A DNA stretch of 63,403 nucleotides, counting the filler. It is 8 parts of 8 records of this genome, joined end to end, with 100 filler letters (N's around TTAATTAATTAA, not from the genome) between each part and the next. Parts side by side here need not be neighbours in the genome. Positions count along the whole stretch, not along the records: positions 29,110 to 33,755 come from SRR20825010_764; positions 33,856 to 42,972 come from SRR20825010_771; 6 more parts are not named here. One strand, written 5' to 3'. The notes below the pieces were generated by a model, which had not been told where the DNA came from, searched no databases, and saw nothing but the letters and a program-made list of their open reading frames with translations. The position numbers were made by a program, and so were the translations under genes. Positions 31,926 through 42,049 of this stretch are shown here, piece by piece (position 1 is the stretch's first letter; every line of letters begins with the position of its first letter).

Positions 31926-32624
31926 TACGTAGAACATTAAACCTACTTTTAAAGTTCTAAAATCAACCGCTTCACCACCTACAGTTACAGCATCTTTAAA
32001 GAAAGGGTTTATACTATATGATGCAAAGAAATTAAAAGTATTATATCCAAAACTTAAGGTTGCAGACAATCGCAATGGTTCAAACTCAGGAATTTTGGTT
32101 TGATTTACAGATTTATCTGGCTGTTTAAAAGTTGATTTATACCAATAGGCATAACCGACTCTAAAACCTGTATATATACGCCAAAATTTATAGGTTGAAG
32201 GCGTAGATGTTCGCCATCTAAATTCAATTGGAGCTTCAACAATCGCCATATTAAAACGGTTCCGGGTAAAATCTACATTTTCATCTAAAACTCTAAAAAT
32301 TGTTTCATCGGTTGAGGTTTCACCAATAAAAAGATTTTGCCCAAATTGATCAATAGCAAGGCCAGCACCAATTGCAATGGCAATATTACGTTGTTTGTTA
32401 ATAGGCATATCTCTAACAAACCCGAACTGAATTCCACCAGTAAGTCCTTTTGTATTTAGATCACTAGGAACATTTAGAGGAATGTTATAAGTAACACCAA
32501 TATAAAACTGATCTTCTCTATATAAGGAGTCTTCGGTTGCGTGACGAATAGTATCTTGTGCAAGAACGGAACTAGATACAATGAAACACAATAAAATAAA
32601 ACAGTTTTTAATAAGCTTTTGCAT
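31920..32624 (-). CDS. Outer-membrane beta-barrel protein (PorT-like porin family)
   Basis: Signal peptide, YREDQFY, EAPIEFRWR, amphipathic strands, terminal GLMFYVL. Confidence 0.7.
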   Translation of the reverse strand: MQKLIKNCFILLCFIVSSSVLAQDTIRHATEDSLYREDQFYIGVTYNIPLNVPSDLNTKGLTGGIQFGFVRDMPINKQRNIAIAIGAGLAIDQFGQNLFIGETSTDETIFRVLDENVDFTRNRFNMAIVEAPIEFRWRTSTPSTYKFWRIYTGFRVGYAYWYKSTFKQPDKSVNQTKIPEFEPLRLSATLSFGYNTFNFFASYSINPFFKDAVTVGGEAVDFRTLKVGLMFYVL

Positions 32625-32662
32625 ATTGATAAAGATAAAAGTATTTTAAGAATATGAGAAAC

Positions 32663-32694
32663 AAAAAACGCCTTGAAATAAATCAAGGCGTTTT
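32663..32694 (-). terminator. Intrinsic terminator after exbD
   Basis: AAAAAACGCCTTGA-AATAAA-TCAAGGCGTTTT. Confidence 0.8.
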
Positions 32695-32714
32695 CAAATA
32701 CTATATATAAATTT

Positions 32715-33188
32715 CTATTCGTCTACTTCGTTACCAGGAGTAGTGATATAGATAATCTTTAGCATATTAAGATCACGTAGTTCCTGCTTAATGTCAGTAA
32801 CCATTCCAGTATTTGTTTTTTCATCAACTTTAAGTGCAACCATTACTCTGTCCTGAAGTTCAGGCATAAGTTTGATACGTGCTTCTGTTAAAGCAAACTT
32901 AATATTGGATATATCTGTGTACTTATCACCAATTTGGATTTTAGGTTCAGAACCGAATTTGTCTGTATATCTTGAGCTAGGTTTTCCAGCATAGATATAT
33001 ACAGAGCGGTCTTTTTTCAATTTCTCAACCTGATCTGCCTTTGGTAATTTGTTCTGAACAAGCAAATTGTCATCACGGAGTACTGTTACAACCATAAAGA
33101 AGAACAGTAACATAAATACAATATCCGGAAGGGAGGCTGTATTTACCGCTGGCAATCCGCCATCTTTTTTCTTTTTAAATTTTGACAT
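32715..33188 (-). CDS. exbD: Biopolymer transport ExbD/TolR family protein
   Basis: Start MSKFKKK; TASLPDIVFMLLFFFMV. Confidence 0.85.
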   Translation of the reverse strand: MSKFKKKKDGGLPAVNTASLPDIVFMLLFFFMVVTVLRDDNLLVQNKLPKADQVEKLKKDRSVYIYAGKPSSRYTDKFGSEPKIQIGDKYTDISNIKFALTEARIKLMPELQDRVMVALKVDEKTNTGMVTDIKQELRDLNMLKIIYITTPGNEVDE

Positions 33189-33198
33189 AATCTTAGGG

Positions 33199-33755
33199 TT
33201 ATTGTCCAGATTTTTTAGGTTCTGCTTCAGAAAGTTTTTGAGGGAATAGTTTTTGGATATTCTCAAGTTTTTCTTGAGTCGCTTCCAAGTTTCCTTTAAA
33301 ATTTCCTTCGTCTATAGCTTTAGTTACTTCAGTGAACTTCCATCCGTAAAGCCTTTCAGATTCTCTATCTCTTAAAAAATTGTATGCTGCTACAAGTTCG
33401 TTTTGAACGGCAATGTACATTTTATAAGAAGTAAGTCTATCATTCTGTACAGAAATTACTGCTTTATCTGGGTTATCAGAAGATTCTGGGTTTCTTTTTC
33501 CTTTGCAATAATTGCAATACTCAGCTGTACCAGATGGTGCGCCACCATTATCAAGAAATGCGATTGCTGCCTGACGAATGTCTTTAAGCTCCATTAGTTT
33601 TTCTTCAACTAATAATTGATCGCTTCTGTTTACGTTTACAATAAACAGGTTTTTCTCTTTAATTTTAACTTGCTCATCTGTTGGCGGTTCTTTTGGAGGT
33701 AACTGTCGCGCAATTCCTTTATCCTTTTCAATGGTAGTTGTTACCAAGAAAAAGA
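33199..33755 (-). CDS. exbD: ExbD/TolR family protein (5' truncated)
   Basis: FFLVTTTI..GIARQLPP; tandem with downstream exbD. Confidence 0.8.
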
Positions 33756-33855
33756 NNNNNNNNNNNNNNNNNNNNNNNNNNNNNNNNNNNNNNNNNNNNT
33801 TAATTAATTAANNNNNNNNNNNNNNNNNNNNNNNNNNNNNNNNNNNNNNNNNNNN

Positions 33856-33920
33856 TATGCTTCCCTATGGTGCCCGGACTTTCCTTCCTGAAACAAGTTC
33901 AGAACGATAAGGCGGCCTGC
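33856..33920 (-). ncRNA. rnpB: RNase P RNA, 5' portion (truncated at contig edge; 5' end approximate)
   Basis: Minus strand GCAGGCCGCCTTATCG-[P3 hairpin]-AGGAAAGTCCGGGCACCATAGGG contains the conserved CR-I signature GGAAAGTCCGG. Confidence 0.85.
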
Positions 33921-33924
33921 CGTG

Positions 33925-34004
33925 CAAAAGTACTCCAATGTTAATAAATATGGGAAAATACAAACGTCTATTTTTTAAAAAACCATTGTACATCTTTATA
34001 TTTG
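33925..34004. promoter_or_regulatory. Divergent Bacteroidetes -7 promoter elements (TAnnTTTG) for rnpB and dnaX
   Basis: TACTTTTG on minus at 33925-33932; TATATTTG on plus at 33997-34004. Confidence 0.6.
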
Positions 34005-34014
34005 TTTCTGCACT

Positions 34015-35814
34015 ATGGAACACTTCATTGTATCTGCCAGAAAGTATCGCCCCGCCGTTTTTAAAGACGTTGTAGGGCAACAGGCTATTACCAACACTCT
34101 GGAGAACGCCATAGAAAACAATCATCTTGCCCAAGCTTTGCTTTTTACAGGGCCTCGTGGCGTCGGAAAAACTACATGTGCGCGGATTCTTGCGAAAAAA
34201 ATTAACCAAGATGGTAGCGAAACAGAAGGTGAGGATTTTGCATTTAATATTTTTGAATTGGATGCAGCTTCAAATAACTCAGTAGATGATATTCGAAATT
34301 TAATTGATCAAGTTCGAATTCCACCTCAGGTTGGAAAATATAAGGTCTATATTATTGATGAGGTGCATATGCTCTCTTCTGCAGCCTTTAATGCTTTTCT
34401 GAAAACCTTAGAAGAACCGCCAAAACATGCCATTTTTATCTTGGCAACAACTGAAAAACACAAAATAATTCCAACGATACTTTCACGTTGTCAGATTTTT
34501 GATTTTAGAAGAATTGGTGTTCGTGATATTAAAGAACATTTAGCTGAAGTTGCAAAAGCTGAAAACATTGAAGCCGAAGACGACGCTCTGCACATTATTG
34601 CTCAAAAAGCTGATGGTGCTTTGCGTGATGCCCTTTCTATTTTTGATAGAGTAGTTAGTTTCGCTGGAAAAAACCTTACACGTGAAGCCGTTACCGAAAA
34701 TCTAAACGTTTTGGACTATACCTGGTATTTTCAGGTTACAGATTTGCTTTTAGAAAACAATATTCCGCAAGTATTGGTTACCTACAATGACATTCTTTCA
34801 AAAGGGTTTGACGGACATCATTTTATTATGGGGCTTGCTTCTCACTTCCGCGATTTGTTGGTTAGCAAAAACCAAGAAACCATCTCGCTTTTAGAAGTTG
34901 GTGAGCAAGTAAAAACAATGTACTTTGAGCAATCACAGAAAACAAGTTCACAGTTTTTAATTGATGGAATTGACATTGCAAACACAAGCAATTTAAGGTA
35001 TAAAAACAGTCAAAACCAACGACTGCTCGTTGAACTTTGCTTAATGCAGCTTGCTTCCTTGACGTTTCAGGGCGAAAAAAAAAACTCCAATAGCGACGGG
35101 TATTTCGTAATACCTCCCTCCCATTTTAAAAGTGAAAAGTATACTTCAGAAAAAATTACTTCTGCTGGAAGTATTGTGCCAAAACCTATTGTAAAAGTTG
35201 AAGAAGACAAGGTTAATGAACCTTCAGAGCAAATTTCAACTGAAAATATTTCTAAAAAAAATACTGCAATTGAAGAAAAATCAATTGAAAAAATAACTGC
35301 AAACGAACCACAAAAGGTCCATGAAAAGCCACAAATTCTTGCGGAACGGAACGCCAAAAAGGTTTCAGCGCTATCAATAAAAAGCATTCAAAAAAAGCAG
35401 GAAATAAAGCAAGAAATGGTTGCAAATCAGCCGGATGTAGAAAACCTTCCTGTAACTGAATTTTCTGAAGAAGAAATGCAAGCCGCTTGGAAAGAATACA
35501 CTACGGCTATTGAAACGGACGGAAAGTACAATTTGCTTTCGCATTTAACGATGGGCGTTCCCAAATTAGAAGGGTCTATTATTCATTTAGAGTTTCCAAA
35601 CCAAACCATTAAAACTGAAGTAGAACGCGCAAAGTATGAGCTACTTGGTTTTTTACGTGAAAAACTTCAGAATTATAATGTAGATTTAGACATAACAGTG
35701 AACGAAACCACTGAAAAACGATATGCATATACTACACGTGAAAAATTCGAAAAAATGAAAGAAATGAATCCATTGATAGATAGATTGCGAATGGAATTTG
35801 ATTTAGATATATAA
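34015..35814 (+). CDS. dnaX: DNA polymerase III subunit gamma/tau
   Basis: ARKYRP, GPRGVGKTT, IIDEVHML, LKTLEEPP, TILSRC. Confidence 0.95.
   Translation: MEHFIVSARKYRPAVFKDVVGQQAITNTLENAIENNHLAQALLFTGPRGVGKTTCARILAKKINQDGSETEGEDFAFNIFELDAASNNSVDDIRNLIDQVRIPPQVGKYKVYIIDEVHMLSSAAFNAFLKTLEEPPKHAIFILATTEKHKIIPTILSRCQIFDFRRIGVRDIKEHLAEVAKAENIEAEDDALHIIAQKADGALRDALSIFDRVVSFAGKNLTREAVTENLNVLDYTWYFQVTDLLLENNIPQVLVTYNDILSKGFDGHHFIMGLASHFRDLLVSKNQETISLLEVGEQVKTMYFEQSQKTSSQFLIDGIDIANTSNLRYKNSQNQRLLVELCLMQLASLTFQGEKKNSNSDGYFVIPPSHFKSEKYTSEKITSAGSIVPKPIVKVEEDKVNEPSEQISTENISKKNTAIEEKSIEKITANEPQKVHEKPQILAERNAKKVSALSIKSIQKKQEIKQEMVANQPDVENLPVTEFSEEEMQAAWKEYTTAIETDGKYNLLSHLTMGVPKLEGSIIHLEFPNQTIKTEVERAKYELLGFLREKLQNYNVDLDITVNETTEKRYAYTTREKFEKMKEMNPLIDRLRMEFDLDI
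35075..35084 (+). other. A10 homopolymer, candidate dnaX slippage/frameshift site
   Basis: GAAAAAAAAAAC at codon 354; stops in both alternative frames (TAG 35091-35093, TAA 35108-35110). Confidence 0.7.
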
Positions 35815-35847
35815 ATTTAGCTAAAAGCTATAAACTTTTAACGAAAT

Positions 35848-36429
35848 ATGCTTGGTTTAAAACTTCCTACAGACCCACGTTGGGTGAATATTGTTGAAAA
35901 AAACATAGAAGACATTCTTACCGATCATGCTTGGTGCGAGCAAAAAGCTGCTTCCACGGCAGTTTCATTGATTGTGAGTTTTCCTGAATACACAGATTTG
36001 ATACAAGAAATGATTGCTTTGGTGAAAGAAGAAATCAGTCATTTTAAAATGGTTCACGATAAAATCTTAGAGAATGGATGGATTTTGGGGCGTGATAGGA
36101 AAGACGAATATGTATTACAAATTATACAGTTTTTTCCAAAAGGCGGAAGTAGAACCACACAGCTTGTGCATAGATTATTATACGCAGCTTTAATTGAAGC
36201 CCGCAGCTGTGAACGTTTTAGATTGCTTAGTGAAGAGTTGGAAGATAAAGAACTCGCTGAGTTTTATAGAAAATTAATGGTAAGTGAAGCAAATCATTAC
36301 ACCATGTTTCTCGGTTTTGCGCGTCAATATGGCGAAAGAAAAGAAGTAGATAAAAAATGGAACGAACTACTTGCTTTTGAAGCTAAAGTAATGAAAGACC
36401 TAAGCAAACACCAGTCTATACACGGATAG
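35848..36429 (+). CDS. miaE: tRNA-(ms2io6A37) hydroxylase
   Basis: DHAWCEQKAA, EEISHF, IEARSCERF, SEANH di-iron motifs. Confidence 0.9.
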   Translation: MLGLKLPTDPRWVNIVEKNIEDILTDHAWCEQKAASTAVSLIVSFPEYTDLIQEMIALVKEEISHFKMVHDKILENGWILGRDRKDEYVLQIIQFFPKGGSRTTQLVHRLLYAALIEARSCERFRLLSEELEDKELAEFYRKLMVSEANHYTMFLGFARQYGERKEVDKKWNELLAFEAKVMKDLSKHQSIHG

Positions 36430-36458
36430 GGAAATAAAATATAGAAGTTAACACTCCG

Positions 36459-37358
36459 CTATTTAGCTGCAATTTTTTCATTGTAAAGACTGCGTACAAT
36501 TCCATCACTAAGTCCAATTTTAGGCACAAAAATATTTTTGGCTTTACTCCATTTCATTGCAGAAAGATAAATACGTGTTGCTGGAACAACAACATCTGCA
36601 CGGTCTGGATTCATGTTTAGTTCAGTAATACGCTCCTCGTAGCTAAAAGATTTTATGTATTCGTAATAGGAAGAGAGGTAAAAATAACTCAATGGCTTTC
36701 CAATTTTTTTACCACTGCTTTTATAGATACTATTTATGTTTCCACCACTCCCAATCATAGAAATTTTATGATACTTCTTAGTTTCTTTTTTAATCCAAAG
36801 TTCAACATCCTCCCACATACTATCGCCCACACGATCTTCTAACAAACGCACCGTTCCAAGCTTAAAACTACGTGAAGCAACGTTTTGACCATTTGCAAAA
36901 ACAGTAAACTCCGTACTTCCACCACCAACATCTACATACAGAAAAACTTTATCGTCTTGAATAAGGCTTTTTAAATCTGTAGATGCTATAATAGCGGCTT
37001 CATCATTTCCATCTATTATATTTATGGTTAGACCACTTTCTTTTTTAATTAAATCGGCAATTTCTTTTCCGTTGGTAGCCTCACGCATTGCAGAAGTAGC
37101 ACATGCACGAAACCTTTTTATTCCATGGGTTTTCATTAATAATTTAAATGCTGTCATGGCATCAATCATTCGCTTTGCATTACTTTCAGAAATTTTTCCT
37201 TCTAAAAAAACATCTGCACCCAAGCGAATTGGAACACGAACCAAAGATGTTTTTTTAAACAACGTATCTTTTCCTTCCTCCTCAACCACAGTGGCAACAA
37301 GCAAACGAATGGCATTACTACCAATATCTACCGCGCCGTATTTTTCAATATTCAACAA
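36459..37358 (-). CDS. ppx: Ppx/GppA exopolyphosphatase
   Basis: VDIGSNAIRL, ATSAMRE, DVGGGSTE, RADV. Confidence 0.9.
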   Translation of the reverse strand: MLNIEKYGAVDIGSNAIRLLVATVVEEEGKDTLFKKTSLVRVPIRLGADVFLEGKISESNAKRMIDAMTAFKLLMKTHGIKRFRACATSAMREATNGKEIADLIKKESGLTINIIDGNDEAAIIASTDLKSLIQDDKVFLYVDVGGGSTEFTVFANGQNVASRSFKLGTVRLLEDRVGDSMWEDVELWIKKETKKYHKISMIGSGGNINSIYKSSGKKIGKPLSYFYLSSYYEYIKSFSYEERITELNMNPDRADVVVPATRIYLSAMKWSKAKNIFVPKIGLSDGIVRSLYNEKIAAK

Positions 37359-37359
37359 T

Positions 37360-39456
37360 TTATTTTAGTTCAAGTTTATTCAAATAATAATCATACATTT
37401 TGAATTGCGATCTAACGGGTGGCTTGTTGTTTTTTAAATAAGCGTTATCATTTTTAATACTGAAAACACGTGCCTTTACGTTATCACTCCATCCAATTTC
37501 AAAATTTTCAAGAATCTCCTTTTTTATATCTTCATCATAAATAGGACATGTAATTTCTACTCTATTGTCTAAATTTCTTCCCATAAAATCTGCTGAAGAA
37601 ATATATATTTTTGGTTTTCCTGCATTTTCAAAAATATAAAGTCTAGGATGCTCCAAAAACTTACCTACAATACTTATTGCCTCAATATTTTCACTCATTC
37701 CTTTCACTCCTGGAATCAGACAACAAATACCGCGAACAATCATTTTTACCTTCACGCCTGCACGACTTGCTTCATATAGTTTATCAACCATTTTGAAGTC
37801 TGAAAGACTGTTTAATTTTAGTTTAATTCCGCTTGGAAGCCCTGCTTTTTTATTTTTTATTTCTGTGTCAATTAATTGATAGAGTGCATTACGAGTGTAA
37901 TGCGGTGAAACAATTAAGTGATTGTATTTTTTTACGCGATAATTAACTTCAAAGAAATCAAAAACCTTATTGATTTCTTTACAAATTTTTTGATTTGCCG
38001 TAAAAAGGGTGTAATCTGTATAAAGTCTAGCAGTAGATTCATTAAAATTACCTGTACTCAAAATCCCATAGCGTACTTTTTTGTTATTTTCAATTCGCTC
38101 TACCAAACAAGTTTTACAGTGAACTTTTAGGCCTTTTACACCAAAAATTAGTCTAATATCTTCACTTTGCAGCAATTCTGCATATTCAATATTTGCTTCT
38201 TCGTCAAAACGTGCTTGCAACTCTATTTGAACAGTAACATCTTTTCCATTTTTCTTCGCATTGATAAGCGAACTAGCAATATGCGATACTTCAGCCAAAC
38301 GGTAAATGGTAATTTTAATTGATTTCACCTTTGGGTCTAATGCCGCTTCACGTAAAAACTTAACCACATACATAAAAGTTTGATATGGGGTATGAAGCAA
38401 ATAATCCTTTTCCGCAATACGGTCAAACAAACTTCCTTGTAAACTTAAACCCGCAATAGGCAAGGGTTCCTTTTTTTCATATTGAAGATCGGGTCTTCCC
38501 AAACGAGGGAAATTCATATAATCACGACGATTGTGGTAACGGCCGCCGGGAATAATGCTATCGGTTTTGTCGATACCCATTTTTTGAAGCAGGTATTGAA
38601 GTGTTCTTTTGTCGATACTTTTATCATATACAAATCGAACCGGATCGCCAGCACTTCTATTTTTTACGCTTTTTGAAATCTTATCAATAAAACTTCGGCT
38701 TAAATCACTGTCTATATCTAATTCGGCATCACGTGTAATTTTAATCATATGTGCCGAAATACTTTCATATTTAAAAATGCTAAAAATATTATGCAAACAA
38801 TGGCGAATAAGGTCGTCTAGAATGATCACATATTGCTTTTCGCCTTCTTGTGGCAGTACAACAAAGCGATCTATAGTACGCGGAATTTCTATAAGTGCAT
38901 AGTTATGTTTTGCTTCAAAAGTATCGTCATCATTGCTCATTACCATTGTTACAGCCAGATAGGCAGCACTGTCGCGCAAGTTGGGAAATTCGTCCAATTC
39001 ACCAATCATGATCGTCATCATTGCAGGGCTAACTTGGCGCACAAAATATTCTGAAATAAACTTGCTTTGCTCGCGAGTAATTTCAGTTTCGTTTATGATA
39101 AAAATATTTTCTTTACGAAGCTCTTTTTGAATATCGCTTAGAATGTTTAAGCTATATGCCTGCTGGTCGATAACCGTTTGAGTGATTTCTTCTAACAGAT
39201 CTTTTGCTGAAATACCACCCAAAAAATTACGCCCAAGCTTCCCAGCATCTACAATGCGCTTAATGGTTGCGTAGCGAACTTTAAAAAATTCATCAAGATT
39301 ATTTGAGAAAATTCCTAAAAATCGAAGTCGCTCCAATAAGGGCAATTTTTTATCTTTTGCTTCCTGTAACACTCGCGCATTAAACTGCAACCAGCTTAAT
39401 TCCCGATTGTTGTATTGGTTATGGATATGGGGATGGGCTACTATTTTTTCAGTCAT
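37360..39456 (-). CDS. ppk1: Polyphosphate kinase 1
   Basis: NRELSWLQFNARVL, NNLDEFF, ARFDEEAN, FLEHPR. Confidence 0.95.
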   Translation of the reverse strand: MTEKIVAHPHIHNQYNNRELSWLQFNARVLQEAKDKKLPLLERLRFLGIFSNNLDEFFKVRYATIKRIVDAGKLGRNFLGGISAKDLLEEITQTVIDQQAYSLNILSDIQKELRKENIFIINETEITREQSKFISEYFVRQVSPAMMTIMIGELDEFPNLRDSAAYLAVTMVMSNDDDTFEAKHNYALIEIPRTIDRFVVLPQEGEKQYVIILDDLIRHCLHNIFSIFKYESISAHMIKITRDAELDIDSDLSRSFIDKISKSVKNRSAGDPVRFVYDKSIDKRTLQYLLQKMGIDKTDSIIPGGRYHNRRDYMNFPRLGRPDLQYEKKEPLPIAGLSLQGSLFDRIAEKDYLLHTPYQTFMYVVKFLREAALDPKVKSIKITIYRLAEVSHIASSLINAKKNGKDVTVQIELQARFDEEANIEYAELLQSEDIRLIFGVKGLKVHCKTCLVERIENNKKVRYGILSTGNFNESTARLYTDYTLFTANQKICKEINKVFDFFEVNYRVKKYNHLIVSPHYTRNALYQLIDTEIKNKKAGLPSGIKLKLNSLSDFKMVDKLYEASRAGVKVKMIVRGICCLIPGVKGMSENIEAISIVGKFLEHPRLYIFENAGKPKIYISSADFMGRNLDNRVEITCPIYDEDIKKEILENFEIGWSDNVKARVFSIKNDNAYLKNNKPPVRSQFKMYDYYLNKLELK

Positions 39457-39941
39457 TATTTAAGATCCCGTGGGAAAATTGTTTTTACGGTTTTACCCGT
39501 AGTTATTGAACTCCATTTTTGTTCGTCAAATTCAAGCATTACAAACCCGCAAGTAGGAACATTTTCAATATAACGGTTTCCAAGCATATTTACAACAGAA
39601 GTAAGCGCATGATTATGCCCAACTATCATTATGTTTTCCAAATTATCATCCAATGATTTTATAATTCGCATCACATTTTGACCACTAAAATCATATAAAT
39701 CGTGGTTGGTTTCAAAATTTGAATCAGAAATATTTAATGCTTTTTTAAAAAATTGTGCGGTTTCAAAAGCACGTGTAGCATCACTACTCAACATTTTTTG
39801 AGGTGTTTCTATTTCAGAATTTACTTTTTTCGAGACTAATCTTCCATCTCGTTCGCCTCTATTTTTTAATGGGCGTTTATGGTCGTCAACATCGTGTTTC
39901 CAAGATGATTTTGCGTGTCTTACCAAGTAAAGTGTTTTCAT
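39456..39941 (-). CDS. sixA: SixA-like histidine phosphatase
   Basis: LVRHAKS, RPL, SSDATRA, VGHN. Confidence 0.85.
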   Translation of the reverse strand: MKTLYLVRHAKSSWKHDVDDHKRPLKNRGERDGRLVSKKVNSEIETPQKMLSSDATRAFETAQFFKKALNISDSNFETNHDLYDFSGQNVMRIIKSLDDNLENIMIVGHNHALTSVVNMLGNRYIENVPTCGFVMLEFDEQKWSSITTGKTVKTIFPRDLK

Positions 39942-40010
39942 TTTTTATCAATTGTTGTTTGACTTATAATTAGGCTTATTGTTTATGAAGCATTTCATTC
40001 AATAAAAACA

Positions 40011-40655
40011 TTAAGGTGCCAACCTTTCAATTAACCAATCATTGGTTTTTAAAGTATAACGAATTCTGTCGTGCAATCGATTAGGTCTTCCTTGCCAAAA
40101 TTCAATTGAAAGTGGTTTTATAAGATACCCTCCCCACTCATCTGGTTTAGGAATTTCTTTATTTTGATACTCTTTTTCAAGTTCGGATAAGTTTTTCTCT
40201 AAAACCGCTCGCGATTCTACAACGGTGCTCTGATGCGAAACTACAGCTCCCAACTGACTTCCTTTTGGTCTGGAATGAAAATAATTGATAGAATCTGCTT
40301 CTGAAGTTTTTTCTACAGTTCCTTTAATGATTATTTGGCGTTCCATATTTGGCCAAAAAAAGGAAAGCGAAACTTTATTGTTATTGGCTATCGATTTACC
40401 TTTTTCACTGTTGTAATTGGTGTAAAAATAAAACCCGTATTCATCATATTTTTTAAGAAGCACTACTCTTCCTTTTGGAAAACCATCTGTTCCAATTGTA
40501 GTGAGTGTCATTGCATTTACTTCATCCACACCACCATTTTCTTTTACCTCAAAAAACCATTTCTGGAATTGTTGCATCGGATTTTCATCTACAGAAACTT
40601 CAGAGAGTTCTCCTTTTTCGTAGGATTTTCGGTACTCATGGAGCTTTTCGGGCAT
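40011..40655 (-). CDS. pdxH: Pyridoxamine 5'-phosphate oxidase
   Basis: RVVLLK, FYTNYNSEKG, EFWQGRPNRLHDR, ERLAP. Confidence 0.95.
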   Translation of the reverse strand: MPEKLHEYRKSYEKGELSEVSVDENPMQQFQKWFFEVKENGGVDEVNAMTLTTIGTDGFPKGRVVLLKKYDEYGFYFYTNYNSEKGKSIANNNKVSLSFFWPNMERQIIIKGTVEKTSEADSINYFHSRPKGSQLGAVVSHQSTVVESRAVLEKNLSELEKEYQNKEIPKPDEWGGYLIKPLSIEFWQGRPNRLHDRIRYTLKTNDWLIERLAP

Positions 40656-40729
40656 AATTCATGTTTTACCGCAAGTTAAGTGTTTTAAATAATCTTTAAA
40701 ACAGTGGATTATTAAATCTGTATTAAAAT

Positions 40730-41635
40730 TTAAAAAGAAAAAACGGCACCATCTTCCGCTAATTTCACTTCTTCAAAAACCTCTTGCGCTTCGTCTTTAA
40801 AAAGGTTTAAATTTCCATAACGACCGGAATAATGACCAAGAATCAAAGTGCCTACTTTTGCTTTTCTAGCAATCACCCCAGCTTCTTTTGCCGTGCTATG
40901 CTTGGTTTTATCGCAAAGATGATGGTGCTCTTCCAAAAATGTAGATTCATGATAAAGCACTGTAGCTCCTTCAATTTGTGGGACTATTTCAGGGCTATAT
41001 GCGGTATCGCTACAATAAGCGTACGATTTTGTAGGAGGTGGATCGAAGGTTATTTCAGCATTCGAAATAAGTTTACCAGCATTGTTTTCAACATCAAAAC
41101 CTTGTTTTATTTTATTGAAATAACTTAAATCGATATTGGCAGCTCGCGCAGCTTCAACATTCAATTTTCGGTCTTCTGGTTTTTCTTTGAAAAAAAAACC
41201 ATTCGTATATACCCTATGCTTTAATGGTATGGTTTCTACCGTTAGTGTATCGTCTTCAAAAATAATTTCAGGAGTTTTCATTTCCAACTCATGAAAATAC
41301 AGCGGATAATTAGTATAAGCTTTCCCAAGTTTTAAAAGAAGTAAAATAGCTTCCTTTATACCTTTAGGACCATAAATATGAAGTTCTGCATCTCTTCCCA
41401 ATAATAAAAAAGTTGAAATCAACCCAGGCAAGCCAAAAAAGTGATCGCCATGCAAATGAGAAATAAATATATGCTTAATCCGAGAAAATTTGACTTTATA
41501 TTTTCGTAGTTGCACTTGCGTACCTTCACCACAATCTATCAAAAAAAGATGTCCTTTTATTTCCAAAACTTGTGCTGTAGGGTGCGCAGAAGCGGTTGGT
41601 GTAGCAGAATGACATCCTAAGATTGTTAGTTTCAT
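40730..41635 (-). CDS. rnz: Ribonuclease Z
   Basis: DCGEGTQ, SHLHGDH, CSDT, HEST, HYSGRY. Confidence 0.95.
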   Translation of the reverse strand: MKLTILGCHSATPTASAHPTAQVLEIKGHLFLIDCGEGTQVQLRKYKVKFSRIKHIFISHLHGDHFFGLPGLISTFLLLGRDAELHIYGPKGIKEAILLLLKLGKAYTNYPLYFHELEMKTPEIIFEDDTLTVETIPLKHRVYTNGFFFKEKPEDRKLNVEAARAANIDLSYFNKIKQGFDVENNAGKLISNAEITFDPPPTKSYAYCSDTAYSPEIVPQIEGATVLYHESTFLEEHHHLCDKTKHSTAKEAGVIARKAKVGTLILGHYSGRYGNLNLFKDEAQEVFEEVKLAEDGAVFSF

Positions 41636-41713
41636 TTTGATTTACAATTTACAATTGTAGCTATACGATACATTTTTGAAGATTTTGGATTAAAAAAATC
41701 TAAAATCGCATAT

Positions 41714-42049
41714 CTAAAATCCCAGGTCTCGTTCTATTTCCTCCATTTCAATAATATCTTCAGCTTCTTGAAGGGTTGGCACCACAGTCATTTCAAAAGG
41801 AATATCGTCAATTTCAATGGCATCATTCACAATAACAAAAGATTGTTTTGTTTTACGGTGAAGGTTGGAAGTTTTTAGGAACATTAATAATTGAGGAAGT
41901 TCCATTGATTCGTAATTTAAAAGGTTTAAAACTACATTTTGACCTTTGTAATTTGAAGGCACTTGAGTTTCAATAAAGGAAGCAAAGTCCATTATATCAT
42001 TCTTTTCATCCTCAAGGACCACAAAATTGTTATGATTCTTAATCTTCAT
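41714..42049 (-). CDS. Conserved small flavobacterial protein between pyrB and rnz
   Basis: C-terminal VPTLQEAEDIIEMEEIERDLGF; overlaps pyrB end. Confidence 0.7.
   Translation of the reverse strand: MKIKNHNNFVVLEDEKNDIMDFASFIETQVPSNYKGQNVVLNLLNYESMELPQLLMFLKTSNLHRKTKQSFVIVNDAIEIDDIPFEMTVVPTLQEAEDIIEMEEIERDLGF

Noticed and set aside
33865..34209. 114-aa minus-strand ORF
   Set aside because: Overlaps the dnaX start and rnpB; no recognisable protein features.
36459..39941. sixA-ppk1-ppx cluster as a novel system
   Set aside because: Ordinary polyphosphate housekeeping genes.
41636..41722. Short heptamer-like repeats (TTTACAA, AATCTAA) between rnz and the upstream gene
   Set aside because: Two to three degenerate copies in AT-rich DNA; too weak to call an element.
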